Source of the DNA: Bacteroidota bacterium
GTDB lineage: Bacteria; Bacteroidota; Bacteroidia; J057
Direction: 5' to 3'
Length of the DNA stretch: 42,698 nt
Assembly: GCA_013298365.1 (NCBI GenBank)
Contig: JAAFHL010000003.1
Span: 1-42,698 of the forward strand
Position 1 is the stretch's first letter. The number at the start of each line of letters is the position of its first letter. Both the position numbers and the translations under genes were made by a program. A model generated the notes under the pieces. That model made no database searches. It saw only the letters and a program-made list of their open reading frames with translations, and was not told where the DNA came from. Of the stretch, positions 15,184 through 24,418 are shown piece by piece.

Positions 15184-16704
15184 TTATACAATTCCCGAAT
15201 TTCGGGCAATATAGCCATCTATTGCCTTTTTGAGCTGAATTTCTACCTGTGCCATGGGCAACATAAGGCTGGACGAGGAGAAAATGGCAGAACTTATGTT
15301 CAAAAAATCGCTGACATCGGCAAGATGCGTATCTATCACCCAAGTTTCCACATTGTCTTTGGAGATTGGCACAAGCTCAGAAAGCAAGCGACAATGGGTA
15401 GGGTAGGCATCTGCTAATTTTTGCAACTCTGCTTGAATGTCTTTTTTAAAATATTTTTTGGAGAAAAAGCCTGATAGAAAACTACTTTTGAGCTGGTCGG
15501 GAGAATAAAGAACGTTTATAAATATCGTAAAATTGGGGAGATAGGTGTCTTTTTGTTCCACATTCCAAAATTCACCAATGTACCAATTAAGTAACTCTAT
15601 CGTGGTCTGATTCCATTCTTCGCCAGGAATATTGTGCTGGAGAATCACATTTTTTTGGGTAGAAAAAAATGGATTGGTGATCACGTCCATCGCAGAAACA
15701 TTTGCTGCCGATTTCCCCTGCCAATTCAAGGTTTCAAACGTTTCTACAATCCGCAATTTTAGCAGTTGTTTCAAATCATTAATTGTGCCTTTTATGGGCC
15801 AATTTTTGATTTCATTGGGGCGTACAAAAACTCGCTTGCCAATAGATTCCCAACTAAAACGGGTAATAAGGCTGTCATGCCTATCTTCTTTTAGCCCACG
15901 AATCAGAAAAACTTGGGGCTTGCGCACAGGTTGTACGATTGCTTGCGAATAAGAAAGTTTAAACTCATCATTTTGCTCTACTCTATTACAAAGCAAATGT
16001 GAAAAAGGACCTACTTTTTGCGCAGGTGGCGGCGGCGGCGTAAAAGGACGCTCGATTGCCCACAAAGAACCATGTGAAGGATACATGTCCCAGGGCATTG
16101 CTTGTGGCAGTTCCGCATCATTAAGCCCTTCCCAATATACTTTGCGAAAATTATTTTCACCACTCAAAGTGAGTGCCTCATCTCTCGCATCTTGATAAGA
16201 TTGCGTGATAACTTGATGATTGCCAACACCTTTATAAAAGCGAGTGGAAAACTGCGTAGCTATAGTGTCTTTGATTTTGGAAGAGGTAGCGATTACATTT
16301 TTAACCCCTTTATTCAATAATAAGTTGGCTTGTTCTTGGGTAGAACAAGCATTCAAAAAGACCAATTCTAAGCCTGCTTGTCGCCCCAAAAAAGAAGAAA
16401 AACCAGCGATATTTGCCAATTCATTGCCTGTACCTGCTGCATTTTCTAACATCAATACGTAACTATCTGCATGACCTGCATAATGAAATATAGCAATCCG
16501 ATTTTGGTAACGAGAATCTGTGAAAACATCTATAATATCACTCAAAGCGACATTTATACGTTCCACAATTTCTATCAAGCCTGCTTTTTCTATACCTTGC
16601 AAAGCCTGACGTATGCCTCTTTGTTCTTGAGACAGCCCCCGCAGATAATTGGCTTTATTCTGCTGGTCGTTGGCATAAGCGAGAAAAATTATTGGCTTCG
16701 TCAT
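15184..16704 (-). CDS. CHAT (caspase-fold) peptidase domain fused to a Walker-A-less STAND-like C-terminal module
   Basis: The His context is IAIFHYAGHA (His78 from ATG 16704) and the Cys context is LVFLNACST (Cys120). A PPPPP linker follows. The C-terminal module starts LCNRVEQNDEF...KPQVFLIRGLKEDRHDSLITRF, with Gly at the P-loop position but no GK[ST]. No signal peptide or TM helices. The track start TTG 16719 is less likely than ATG 16704. Confidence 0.6.
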   Translation of the reverse strand: MTKPIIFLAYANDQQNKANYLRGLSQEQRGIRQALQGIEKAGLIEIVERINVALSDIIDVFTDSRYQNRIAIFHYAGHADSYVLMLENAAGTGNELANIAGFSSFLGRQAGLELVFLNACSTQEQANLLLNKGVKNVIATSSKIKDTIATQFSTRFYKGVGNHQVITQSYQDARDEALTLSGENNFRKVYWEGLNDAELPQAMPWDMYPSHGSLWAIERPFTPPPPPAQKVGPFSHLLCNRVEQNDEFKLSYSQAIVQPVRKPQVFLIRGLKEDRHDSLITRFSWESIGKRVFVRPNEIKNWPIKGTINDLKQLLKLRIVETFETLNWQGKSAANVSAMDVITNPFFSTQKNVILQHNIPGEEWNQTTIELLNWYIGEFWNVEQKDTYLPNFTIFINVLYSPDQLKSSFLSGFFSKKYFKKDIQAELQKLADAYPTHCRLLSELVPISKDNVETWVIDTHLADVSDFLNISSAIFSSSSLMLPMAQVEIQLKKAIDGYIARNSGIV

Positions 16705-17085
16705 AGAGCGTAATGGCAAATTACGAAACTACAGGTTTAGGAATATGAAAATCAAGTTTTTAGCAGTAAAACATGAAAATTACTAATCTTAAACAATAGA
16801 AAATTTCACGAATTGCCGCTAAGATACGGCTTGATATTGTATTGTGCAATTTTTTTTGAAAAAAAATATATTACAAAGCATAAAAATGACAAAAAGATAT
16901 TTATTTTCAAAGTTAAATATACTATTTAGGTTCTTGCAGATGAAAGTAAATAAAGCCTTGATTTGTGTTCATCTACAATAAATTAGGCTAATTCTACAAA
17001 AAAATGCCTTTGAAATAACAATATGTACGTTTGATGGGTTTAGGCTTTTAATGTCATTTATATCATTTTCAGATTTATATTAAAT

Positions 17086-19545
17086 ATGTTTTCCAAACAA
17101 CTCATCAAAACCACTATTTTACTTGTCATCTTATGCAATATTGCCAGTCTTTTTGCACAAAAAAAATTTACGCTAAGTGGTTTTGTCAAAGAGGCAAAGT
17201 CGGGTGAAGTCCTTGAAGGGGCGGGTGTTTACTTCAAGGATTCAGAATACGGCGCATATAGCGGCGATTTTGGTTTCTACTCTCTCACTGCTTCTGCGGG
17301 CAATTATACTTTGATAGTTGAATATGTGGGCTTCAAAACACAAGAAATTGTGATGAATCTTTCCGAAGATAAATCTATAAATTTCAACATGGAAGCAGAT
17401 GATGTCAATAGCAATGAAGTACTCATCACTGATGAACGAAAAGACGCAAATGTGAAAAGTACTGACATGGGTAAGACAGAGTTGAAAATTGATGCGGTCA
17501 AAAAATTGCCTGTTTTGTTCGGTGAAGTAGATATTTTGAAAACCATACAACTTTTGCCAGGTGTGCAAGCTGCCGAAGGTACTACGGGTTTGTATGTGCG
17601 AGGCGGCGGTCCCGACCAAAATTTGATGCTCTTAGATGATGCCCCAATTTACAATGCTGGACATTTATTGGGGTTTTTCTCTGTTTTTAATGGCGATGCA
17701 GTCAAAGGTTTTGACTTTTATAAAGGCTATATGCCACCGCAATATGGCAGCCGTTTGTCGTCTGTGATAGATGTAACCATGCGTGATGGCAACAATCAGA
17801 CCTTTCATGGCAAGGGCGGCGTAGGACTCATTTCATCTCGTTTGACGCTTGAAGGGCCGATTCTGAAAAACAAAGCCTCTTTTCTTATCTCTGGTCGCCG
17901 CACATATGCTGATGCTTTGGCACAACCCTTTATCAAGAAAACCTCCAATTTCAAAGGTACAAGTTACTATTTTTACGATTTTAACCTAAAATTAAATTAT
18001 ACGATTTCAGATAAAGATAGACTTTTTCTGACAGGCTATTATGGGCAAGATATTTTCAATTTCAAAAGTGGTCTGACAGATTTCACCTTCAACATTCCCT
18101 GGGGAAATAGAACGGCAACTTTGCGTTGGAATCACTTATTCAACAAGAAACTATTTTGCAATACTTCGGCACTTTTCAATGATTATCGTTTCAAGTTTGG
18201 GGTACAATTTTCGAGTATTCAATTTGCTTTGTCTTCGAATGTACAAGATTGGACAGCAAAAAGTGATTTTACTTATTTGCCAAACACAAAACATACCATG
18301 CGTTTTGGCTGGAATTTTACCAATCACAGGTTTGAGCCAAATGGTTTGACATTTCAAATAGATACACTTACCATAGATAATTCTAAGGCTTTTCAGAAAT
18401 TTGCCAATGAAATGGGTGTATATTTTCAAGACGATTGGGACATCAGCTCTCGCCTAAAACTCAATGGTGGGGTAAGATTTTCGGCTTTTCAGCAGTTGGG
18501 GAAACAGGTTTTATATGATGACAATAAAGAAAATATCATAGACACAACGAATTATGGCTGGTTTCAAAATACCAAATTCTTCGGGGCAATTGAGCCTCGC
18601 CTTTCTATGCGTTACTCTTTGACAGATAAAGCTTCGCTCAAAGCCAGTTATGTGCGCACCGCACAATTTGTGCATATGGTTTCGATTGCAGGTACTTTTC
18701 CTTCCGATTTTTGGGTGCCTACGTCCTCTTATCCAGTGAGACCACAATTAGGTAACCAATATTCTTTGGGCTTTTATCAGAATGTGCGTGGCAATGCAAT
18801 AGAATTGTCTGCGGAGCTTTTTTATCGAGACATGAAAAATCAGATTGAATATAATGAAAATTATACACAAGATGTACGTGAAAATTATGAGACAAATTTT
18901 GTGTTTGGTAGGGGTACAGCTTATGGTTTGGAGGTTTTTGCACGCAAGCAAAGCGGTAAACTAACAGGCTGGGTAAGTTATACTTTGGCACGCTCTTATC
19001 GCATCTTTGACGATACTACATTTGGCAATTCACCTTTAAATAATGGCGAGAAATTTGCTTATACCTACGACCGCCGTCATTCTCTTTCGGTTGTAGTAAC
19101 GTATGATATGAACAAAATTGTGATTGGTGGAAAAACGATTTACAAAAATCCTGTTACGATTTCGGGAGTAGTGGTTTATTCGACAGGAAATGCCATCAAT
19201 CTTATAGACAGTCGTGCAATTTTACTATTTAGTGGTGGCACATCTGACCCATCGGCTGGCTTTTTCAATACTTTTTTGCCTCGTAACAGTTTCCGAATGC
19301 CCTCTTATCATCGTGCCGACCTTTCCATGACTTTGCATGGTGCAAAACTCAACAAAGCGGGAAAGGAAAAACGTATTAAATCGGATTGGGTGATTTCTGT
19401 TTATAATGTATATAATCGTTTAAATCCGTATTTCGTTTATTTTAATAGCACAGGTGGCGCAACTTCTGCTTCTTTTACAACAAAAGCCTATAAAGTGAGT
19501 GTTTTTCCTATCATTCCTTCGGTTACTTGGGACTTTAGCTTTTAA
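17086..19545 (+). CDS. TonB-dependent receptor with N-terminal carboxypeptidase-regulatory-like domain
   Basis: Signal peptide, FTLSGFVKEAKSGEVLEGAGVY (CarboxypepD_reg), a plug region (LPGVQA...GLYVRGGGPDQNLMLLDDAPIYN) and a barrel ending WDFSF. Confidence 0.85.
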   Translation: MFSKQLIKTTILLVILCNIASLFAQKKFTLSGFVKEAKSGEVLEGAGVYFKDSEYGAYSGDFGFYSLTASAGNYTLIVEYVGFKTQEIVMNLSEDKSINFNMEADDVNSNEVLITDERKDANVKSTDMGKTELKIDAVKKLPVLFGEVDILKTIQLLPGVQAAEGTTGLYVRGGGPDQNLMLLDDAPIYNAGHLLGFFSVFNGDAVKGFDFYKGYMPPQYGSRLSSVIDVTMRDGNNQTFHGKGGVGLISSRLTLEGPILKNKASFLISGRRTYADALAQPFIKKTSNFKGTSYYFYDFNLKLNYTISDKDRLFLTGYYGQDIFNFKSGLTDFTFNIPWGNRTATLRWNHLFNKKLFCNTSALFNDYRFKFGVQFSSIQFALSSNVQDWTAKSDFTYLPNTKHTMRFGWNFTNHRFEPNGLTFQIDTLTIDNSKAFQKFANEMGVYFQDDWDISSRLKLNGGVRFSAFQQLGKQVLYDDNKENIIDTTNYGWFQNTKFFGAIEPRLSMRYSLTDKASLKASYVRTAQFVHMVSIAGTFPSDFWVPTSSYPVRPQLGNQYSLGFYQNVRGNAIELSAELFYRDMKNQIEYNENYTQDVRENYETNFVFGRGTAYGLEVFARKQSGKLTGWVSYTLARSYRIFDDTTFGNSPLNNGEKFAYTYDRRHSLSVVVTYDMNKIVIGGKTIYKNPVTISGVVVYSTGNAINLIDSRAILLFSGGTSDPSAGFFNTFLPRNSFRMPSYHRADLSMTLHGAKLNKAGKEKRIKSDWVISVYNVYNRLNPYFVYFNSTGGATSASFTTKAYKVSVFPIIPSVTWDFSF

Positions 19546-19572
19546 GGTCTCGCACAAATCTGGGCGAAATGA

Positions 19573-20247
19573 TTAACCTTCCTTTTCGATAAAATCCAAA
19601 ATATACGCAACTGTTTCTGCTGCATGAATATAATGTACAAAATGATGCCCTCCCAGAGAAATATAGTTTTCTTTGGGGGGTCGGATTACTTCATCTGTAT
19701 TATTATGAATCCGCAAAGGCGGTAAAATTGGCTTTGCATCGGGCTGATTTCCTATGAGTTGAATCACTTTGAGATGATATATATCAGCCCATTTCGTAGC
19801 GATTTCAAAACAATGTTCTACGGCAGGTTTTGCCTTTGAATTTCGGTATCTTAGGTTTCCGAGAAAATGAAAAAGCCATGATTTGAATATCCCTTTGCGA
19901 ATTATCCAATGTCCCAATTTTGTAAATCCCAATTTTCCGCCAATTACCTTGTCATTTTGGGTAAAAGAAGACAATAAAATGCCCTTTATTGCCATTTTAC
20001 TTTGAATATGCGCAATCACCCAGCCACCAAAAGAGTGTCCGATTAATATATCTTCTGTGGTAATGCGATGCTCTACCACAATATCTTGTGCAAAATCGGT
20101 GATATGAGGCTTATTTGTCTCAATATCATCTAATAATGAGCGATAATGTACCATTTCTATCAGGTATTTTCCTTGAAAAAAAGGCATTAATGGCTCAAAA
20201 GTGCGCCCATCTTCTAAAAATCCAGGGAAAAATAAAATACGTTTCAT
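19573..20247 (-). CDS. alpha/beta hydrolase fold protein
   Basis: GHSFGGW nucleophile elbow (GxSxG) and a C-terminal HHFVH-type His region. Confidence 0.6.
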   Translation of the reverse strand: MKRILFFPGFLEDGRTFEPLMPFFQGKYLIEMVHYRSLLDDIETNKPHITDFAQDIVVEHRITTEDILIGHSFGGWVIAHIQSKMAIKGILLSSFTQNDKVIGGKLGFTKLGHWIIRKGIFKSWLFHFLGNLRYRNSKAKPAVEHCFEIATKWADIYHLKVIQLIGNQPDAKPILPPLRIHNNTDEVIRPPKENYISLGGHHFVHYIHAAETVAYILDFIEKEG

Positions 20248-20280
20248 ACGAAATGAGAATCTTTGGTTATTTTATGACAT

Positions 20281-20318
20281 ATAAAAAACGTGTTAAGTTA
20301 TTAGGCTTAACACGTTTT
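20281..20318 (-). terminator. rho-independent terminator after the 899-aa gene
   Basis: 13-bp stem aaaacgtgttaag (20285-20297) / cttaacacgtttt (20306-20318). On the minus strand it is followed by a T-run. Confidence 0.6.
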
Positions 20319-20338
20319 GGTATCACAAAGATAGTGAA

Positions 20339-23038
20339 TTATTTTTTATCAGCTTTGAGAAAAGGCTCAACTTGATTGATACCACCTTTGTCAGCCGCTT
20401 TTCCTTCGCAACGAATCTCGCCTTTAAACTCAACATACATGGTTTGAGAATAAGGTGCAGTAGCTGGATTTGTTTTGAATTTCATACCTAATAAAATAGC
20501 TGGCAATTTTGCTACAACTTCTTCAGGTGTGGTTTTCAACACTTTGTAAGAAGTAACATTTCCATTTCTATCTACATTTACTTCTGCCAACACATGTGTT
20601 ACGCCACAAGCACCTGCTTTTTTCAAGTTTTCACGAAGATAGTTTTTCATTCCTACTTCCCCATCAATAAATTCAAGTGAGCCATTAGAAGCCACAGGAA
20701 TATTTTTGTAGGTATCGGCATGAATGGCATCAGGATTTTTGTCGCCTGTACTAACATAGTTGCCATTTGCTTGTGGTGCAGCAGGAACTACGATTTCAGG
20801 TTGTTTTACAGTAATTGGCGCAGGTGCAGGCGTAGGTGTTACCGCTCTGTTAGCCTCTTTTTTAGGCATTACAGGTGCAGGAACTACAACAGGTGCATTT
20901 GCTTGCGCTTGACGATTTGCTTTAGAATCAAGGCTTTTGCCATTTTGCAATTCTTTCATAATAATCTCTCTGCCTTCGGGTGTTTTTGCCAAAGCTTCGG
21001 TATTATTATAGTCCATATTCATCCATTCTTGGTCAGCTGCTGCATTTCTTGAATCCACTCTATTGTGTGGTTGTCCATTTTGCATTCCCGCAGGTGCAGG
21101 TACATTTGGCACATTTCTCCAGTCTTGTGAACCACTCATTGCAGGCGCATTTCCTGGAGCAATTGCTAAAGGTCTATTTGCTTTTTGCGCTTCTAATTCT
21201 TGCTGCATACGATACAGTTTGCTGTTCAAGTCATCAATTCTTTGCATCAACTTATTGACAGTACTTGTATCTGTATCTTCCTGCTTAGCAACAGGTTTAT
21301 TATTGTTCTTATTTTCTTTTGCAGGTGCAGTTGTAGGTGCAGGCATGTCCATGGTTACCGTTCCACCATTTTTGCGGATTTCTGCTTCTTGTTGAAGTTT
21401 TGCTCTTTTTTCTTCTATGCCACGCAATTCTTCTTGTTGTTTTTGCAATTCACCTGTATAACGCTCCATATCTTGCTGCATACGCTTGATGTCGTCCATT
21501 TTCTTTTGGAGTTCACGCTCTTGCTCTTTTTTCTTTTCCTCAGCAGCACGTTTTTCTTCGTCAATACGTCTCAATTCTGCTTCGTCTTTTTTTACAACGG
21601 CTTCAACTTTTGTACGTTGCAAATCTTCTGCTAAACGAGCGATTTCTGTTTCTTTTCGTTTTGCTTCATCATCAGCTTTACGTTTTGCATCTTGTGCTTC
21701 TCTCAAAGAACGTTCAGCCGCAGCAATTTTATCTTGCATAGCTCTTTCTTCTGCTCTCATTTTTTCGTCAGCATCTTTGATACGCTTATCACTTTCATAA
21801 CGGCGTTTTTCTTCTGGTGACATTTTTGCAAGTTTATTTGCTTCTGCGGCAGCATCATCAGCCGCTTTTTTAGCTGCTAATTCTTCTGGGGTTGGTGGCT
21901 TAGGTGCTTCTTCAACCTTATCATCTTTCCCTTTTTTCACCACAACTGCTTTACAATCCATTACAGGCTTACCGTTTTTATCTACTAATGGTTTGCCATC
22001 TCTACCTAATACAGGCTTACAATCCATTTTTTTCTCAGTACTTTGGTCCATTCCCCAATCAAGTTCTCCGTCTGCCCCTTCTTTTTTGTCGTCTTTAGCC
22101 CCTTCTTTTTTATCCTCTTTTGCAGCTACCTCAGTAGGTGCAACTTTAAGTTTTTTCGCTTCTTCTTCTCTTGCACGTCTATCAAGTTCTGCACGCAAAG
22201 CGGCAATTTCTTCTTGTGTTTCACGTGCTTTGTCTGCTTCTAAAGTAGAAGGACCGCCTCTTGGTGCAGGTGGTGCAACCGCAGGAATAGGTTGTGGTAT
22301 AGGCGGAAGTTGTGTACCTGCTGGTGTAGTTACGGCAGCAGCACCTACAGGTTTTGCATTCATTTGTACCAAAGAACCTGCTGGAACTACGGGCTGTGAA
22401 GGCATTGTAGGTTGTGCAGATGCGATAGGTTGTGATGCAGGTGGTGTAACTACTGGTGGTGTTATAGGCTGCGTTGCAACAGGTTGTGGGTTCACAACAG
22501 GTTGATTGACAGCTACTCCGCCTACTGGTGCAGGTGGTGTAACAACAATAGGTTGATTCGGATTAGAAGAAGCTGCACCTGTACTTGAAGCATTTGTGAT
22601 GGCTACTCCGTTTTTGTCTAACATTGCATTATTGAAGGTTTCAATTTTTGCATAGACATTATTTCTGCCTTCGCATGGCATGTCTGGTTTCAAGTCAATG
22701 AATACAGATTTAGGTCCTTTGAACTCGGTTGCGTCCCAACGAATGCTTTTTACGATGTCAATAATAGACTCTTTGTAGCACTCATTTGTGCCTGTAAGTG
22801 CTTTTGCACTTAGTACATAACCTGTTGGGTCTATCCTTACTTCAAGATAGACACGATTACTGCCGCAGCAAGTACTTTGCGCTTGAAGGCGGTTGTAAAT
22901 ATAGTCGCGAACGGTCGTTTTTCCATCGCTAAAAATGTAAGTTTTGGTGTCAGCAGTAAGTTTTGTTACATCTACAGGCTGTGCCTTTAGTAACAATACA
23001 CTTAGCATACACACATAAAACAGCAATAAACGTTTCAT
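20339..23038 (-). CDS. large secreted protein: two related globular end domains flanking Pro-rich and highly charged coiled-coil regions
   Basis: Signal peptide MKRLLLFYVCMLSVLLLKAQ. Both end domains finish with a ...K(x4)CEG motif (DLKPDMPCEG and EFKGEIRCEG). The centre has P/V/Q-rich tracts and ~300 aa of E/K/R/A-rich heptad-like sequence. Confidence 0.7.
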   Translation of the reverse strand: MKRLLLFYVCMLSVLLLKAQPVDVTKLTADTKTYIFSDGKTTVRDYIYNRLQAQSTCCGSNRVYLEVRIDPTGYVLSAKALTGTNECYKESIIDIVKSIRWDATEFKGPKSVFIDLKPDMPCEGRNNVYAKIETFNNAMLDKNGVAITNASSTGAASSNPNQPIVVTPPAPVGGVAVNQPVVNPQPVATQPITPPVVTPPASQPIASAQPTMPSQPVVPAGSLVQMNAKPVGAAAVTTPAGTQLPPIPQPIPAVAPPAPRGGPSTLEADKARETQEEIAALRAELDRRAREEEAKKLKVAPTEVAAKEDKKEGAKDDKKEGADGELDWGMDQSTEKKMDCKPVLGRDGKPLVDKNGKPVMDCKAVVVKKGKDDKVEEAPKPPTPEELAAKKAADDAAAEANKLAKMSPEEKRRYESDKRIKDADEKMRAEERAMQDKIAAAERSLREAQDAKRKADDEAKRKETEIARLAEDLQRTKVEAVVKKDEAELRRIDEEKRAAEEKKKEQERELQKKMDDIKRMQQDMERYTGELQKQQEELRGIEEKRAKLQQEAEIRKNGGTVTMDMPAPTTAPAKENKNNNKPVAKQEDTDTSTVNKLMQRIDDLNSKLYRMQQELEAQKANRPLAIAPGNAPAMSGSQDWRNVPNVPAPAGMQNGQPHNRVDSRNAAADQEWMNMDYNNTEALAKTPEGREIIMKELQNGKSLDSKANRQAQANAPVVVPAPVMPKKEANRAVTPTPAPAPITVKQPEIVVPAAPQANGNYVSTGDKNPDAIHADTYKNIPVASNGSLEFIDGEVGMKNYLRENLKKAGACGVTHVLAEVNVDRNGNVTSYKVLKTTPEEVVAKLPAILLGMKFKTNPATAPYSQTMYVEFKGEIRCEGKAADKGGINQVEPFLKADKK

Positions 23039-23071
23039 ATTTGAGAAAATTGATGTATATATGAATTTGAA

Positions 23072-23106
23072 AAAGTTGAAAGTGGAAAGTGTTGAGTTGA
23101 AAGTTA
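23072..23106. repeat. heptanucleotide tandem array (AAAGTTG-type, 5 units)
   Basis: aaagttg aaagtgg aaagtgt tgagttg aaagtta, located 34-68 bp upstream of the minus-strand ATG at 23038. It is the reverse complement of the CAACTTT arrays at 33107 and 34309. Confidence 0.75.
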
Positions 23107-23257
23107 CAATATAAATCTCTGAAAATCAACCTTTTTTCGGTTTTTTATTTTATTTTTGGTATAAAAAAATATCGTGCGTAAAAGTAGGCATTTATAAGTA
23201 TTTCTTGCAAATAAATAAATGTAGTTTTTTCATTTTGTTGATTATTTGCATGTTAGC

Positions 23258-24244
23258 CTATAAATTTACCAAATCCAGCTCCGCAATTTCTGCAAAAGTA
23301 TCCAATAATTCCTGATAATTTTCGCTTGTTACCAGTCGCATACGCAAGGGTTTAAAATTAGGAATATGTTTGAAATAATTGGTATAATGCCTTCTCATTT
23401 CCAACATGCCCAACATTTGACCTTTCCAATCTACTTCCATCTGCAAGTGTCTGCGACAAACTTCTACCCTTTCTGCCAAAGTTGGCGGTGCAAGATGCGT
23501 TCCTGTTTCAAAATAATGCTTAATTTCCCTAAACACCCAAGGATTGCCAATCGAAGCTCGCCCTATCATAATCCCGTCAGAGCCATACGTAATGCGATTG
23601 TGGTGCGCTTTTTCGGGTGTATCTACATCACCATTGCCAAAAATCGGAATTTCTATATCGGGATGTTCTTTTACTTTCTGAATCCAAGACCAATCCGATT
23701 CGCCTTTGTACATTTGATGTCTTGTACGTGCATGAATGGAAAGTGCCTTAATTCCGGCATCTTGTAAGCGCAAAGCGACTTCTACAATACGGATAGAATT
23801 GTCGTCCCAGCCCAAACGTGTTTTGACGGTTACGGGCAAATGCGTAGATTTTACGATTTCCCTTGTCATGCTTTCCATCAAATCTATGTCCTTCAAAATC
23901 CCTGCGCCCGCTCCTTTACAAGCCACTTTTGATACAGGACAGCCATAATTGATGTCCAAAATATCGGGATTTGCCGCTTCCACAATTTGTGCAGATAAGC
24001 GCATAGACTCAATATCTGAACCAAAAATTTGGATTCCCACAGGACGTTCTGCGTCATAAATGTCTAATTTGTGAACACTTTTTGCCGCACTGCGAATCAA
24101 ACCTTCGGAACTAATGAACTCAGTAAATACCAAATCTGCTCCCAACTCTTTGCACAAGATGCGAAAAGGCGGGTCGCTCACATCTTCCATCGGCGCAAGC
24201 AAAAGTGGATATTCACCAATTTCTATGTTTCCTATTTTTACCAT
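23258..24244 (-). CDS. dusB: tRNA-dihydrouridine synthase
   Basis: LAPMEDVSDPPFR, INYGCP and HARTR motifs with a Dus-family TIM barrel plus helical C-terminus. The B-type assignment is by length and architecture only. Confidence 0.8.
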   Translation of the reverse strand: MVKIGNIEIGEYPLLLAPMEDVSDPPFRILCKELGADLVFTEFISSEGLIRSAAKSVHKLDIYDAERPVGIQIFGSDIESMRLSAQIVEAANPDILDINYGCPVSKVACKGAGAGILKDIDLMESMTREIVKSTHLPVTVKTRLGWDDNSIRIVEVALRLQDAGIKALSIHARTRHQMYKGESDWSWIQKVKEHPDIEIPIFGNGDVDTPEKAHHNRITYGSDGIMIGRASIGNPWVFREIKHYFETGTHLAPPTLAERVEVCRRHLQMEVDWKGQMLGMLEMRRHYTNYFKHIPNFKPLRMRLVTSENYQELLDTFAEIAELDLVNL

Positions 24245-24418
24245 GTATCTTTAAAGTTTCTCACTGATGAAACGCTATGATAGAGATTTATGTTATGGAA
24301 AATTTATACACATAAGAGTGCAAAAATGCCCAAATTCCATAAAATTTATCGTAAATTTGCAAAATAAATATTTTAACCGCAAATAAAGCGTAAAATTACA
24401 TAATTTATAACAAAAAAC

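Noticed and set aside
20720-22505. Cluster of plus-strand ORFs of 64-170 aa (for example 21200..21634 and 21993..22505) opposite the 899-aa gene
   Set aside because: They are low-complexity mirror images (Ser/Phe/Cys/Leu-rich) of the E/K/A/P-rich minus-strand gene. That gene has a signal peptide, structured end domains, a terminator and a single uninterrupted 2.7-kb frame.
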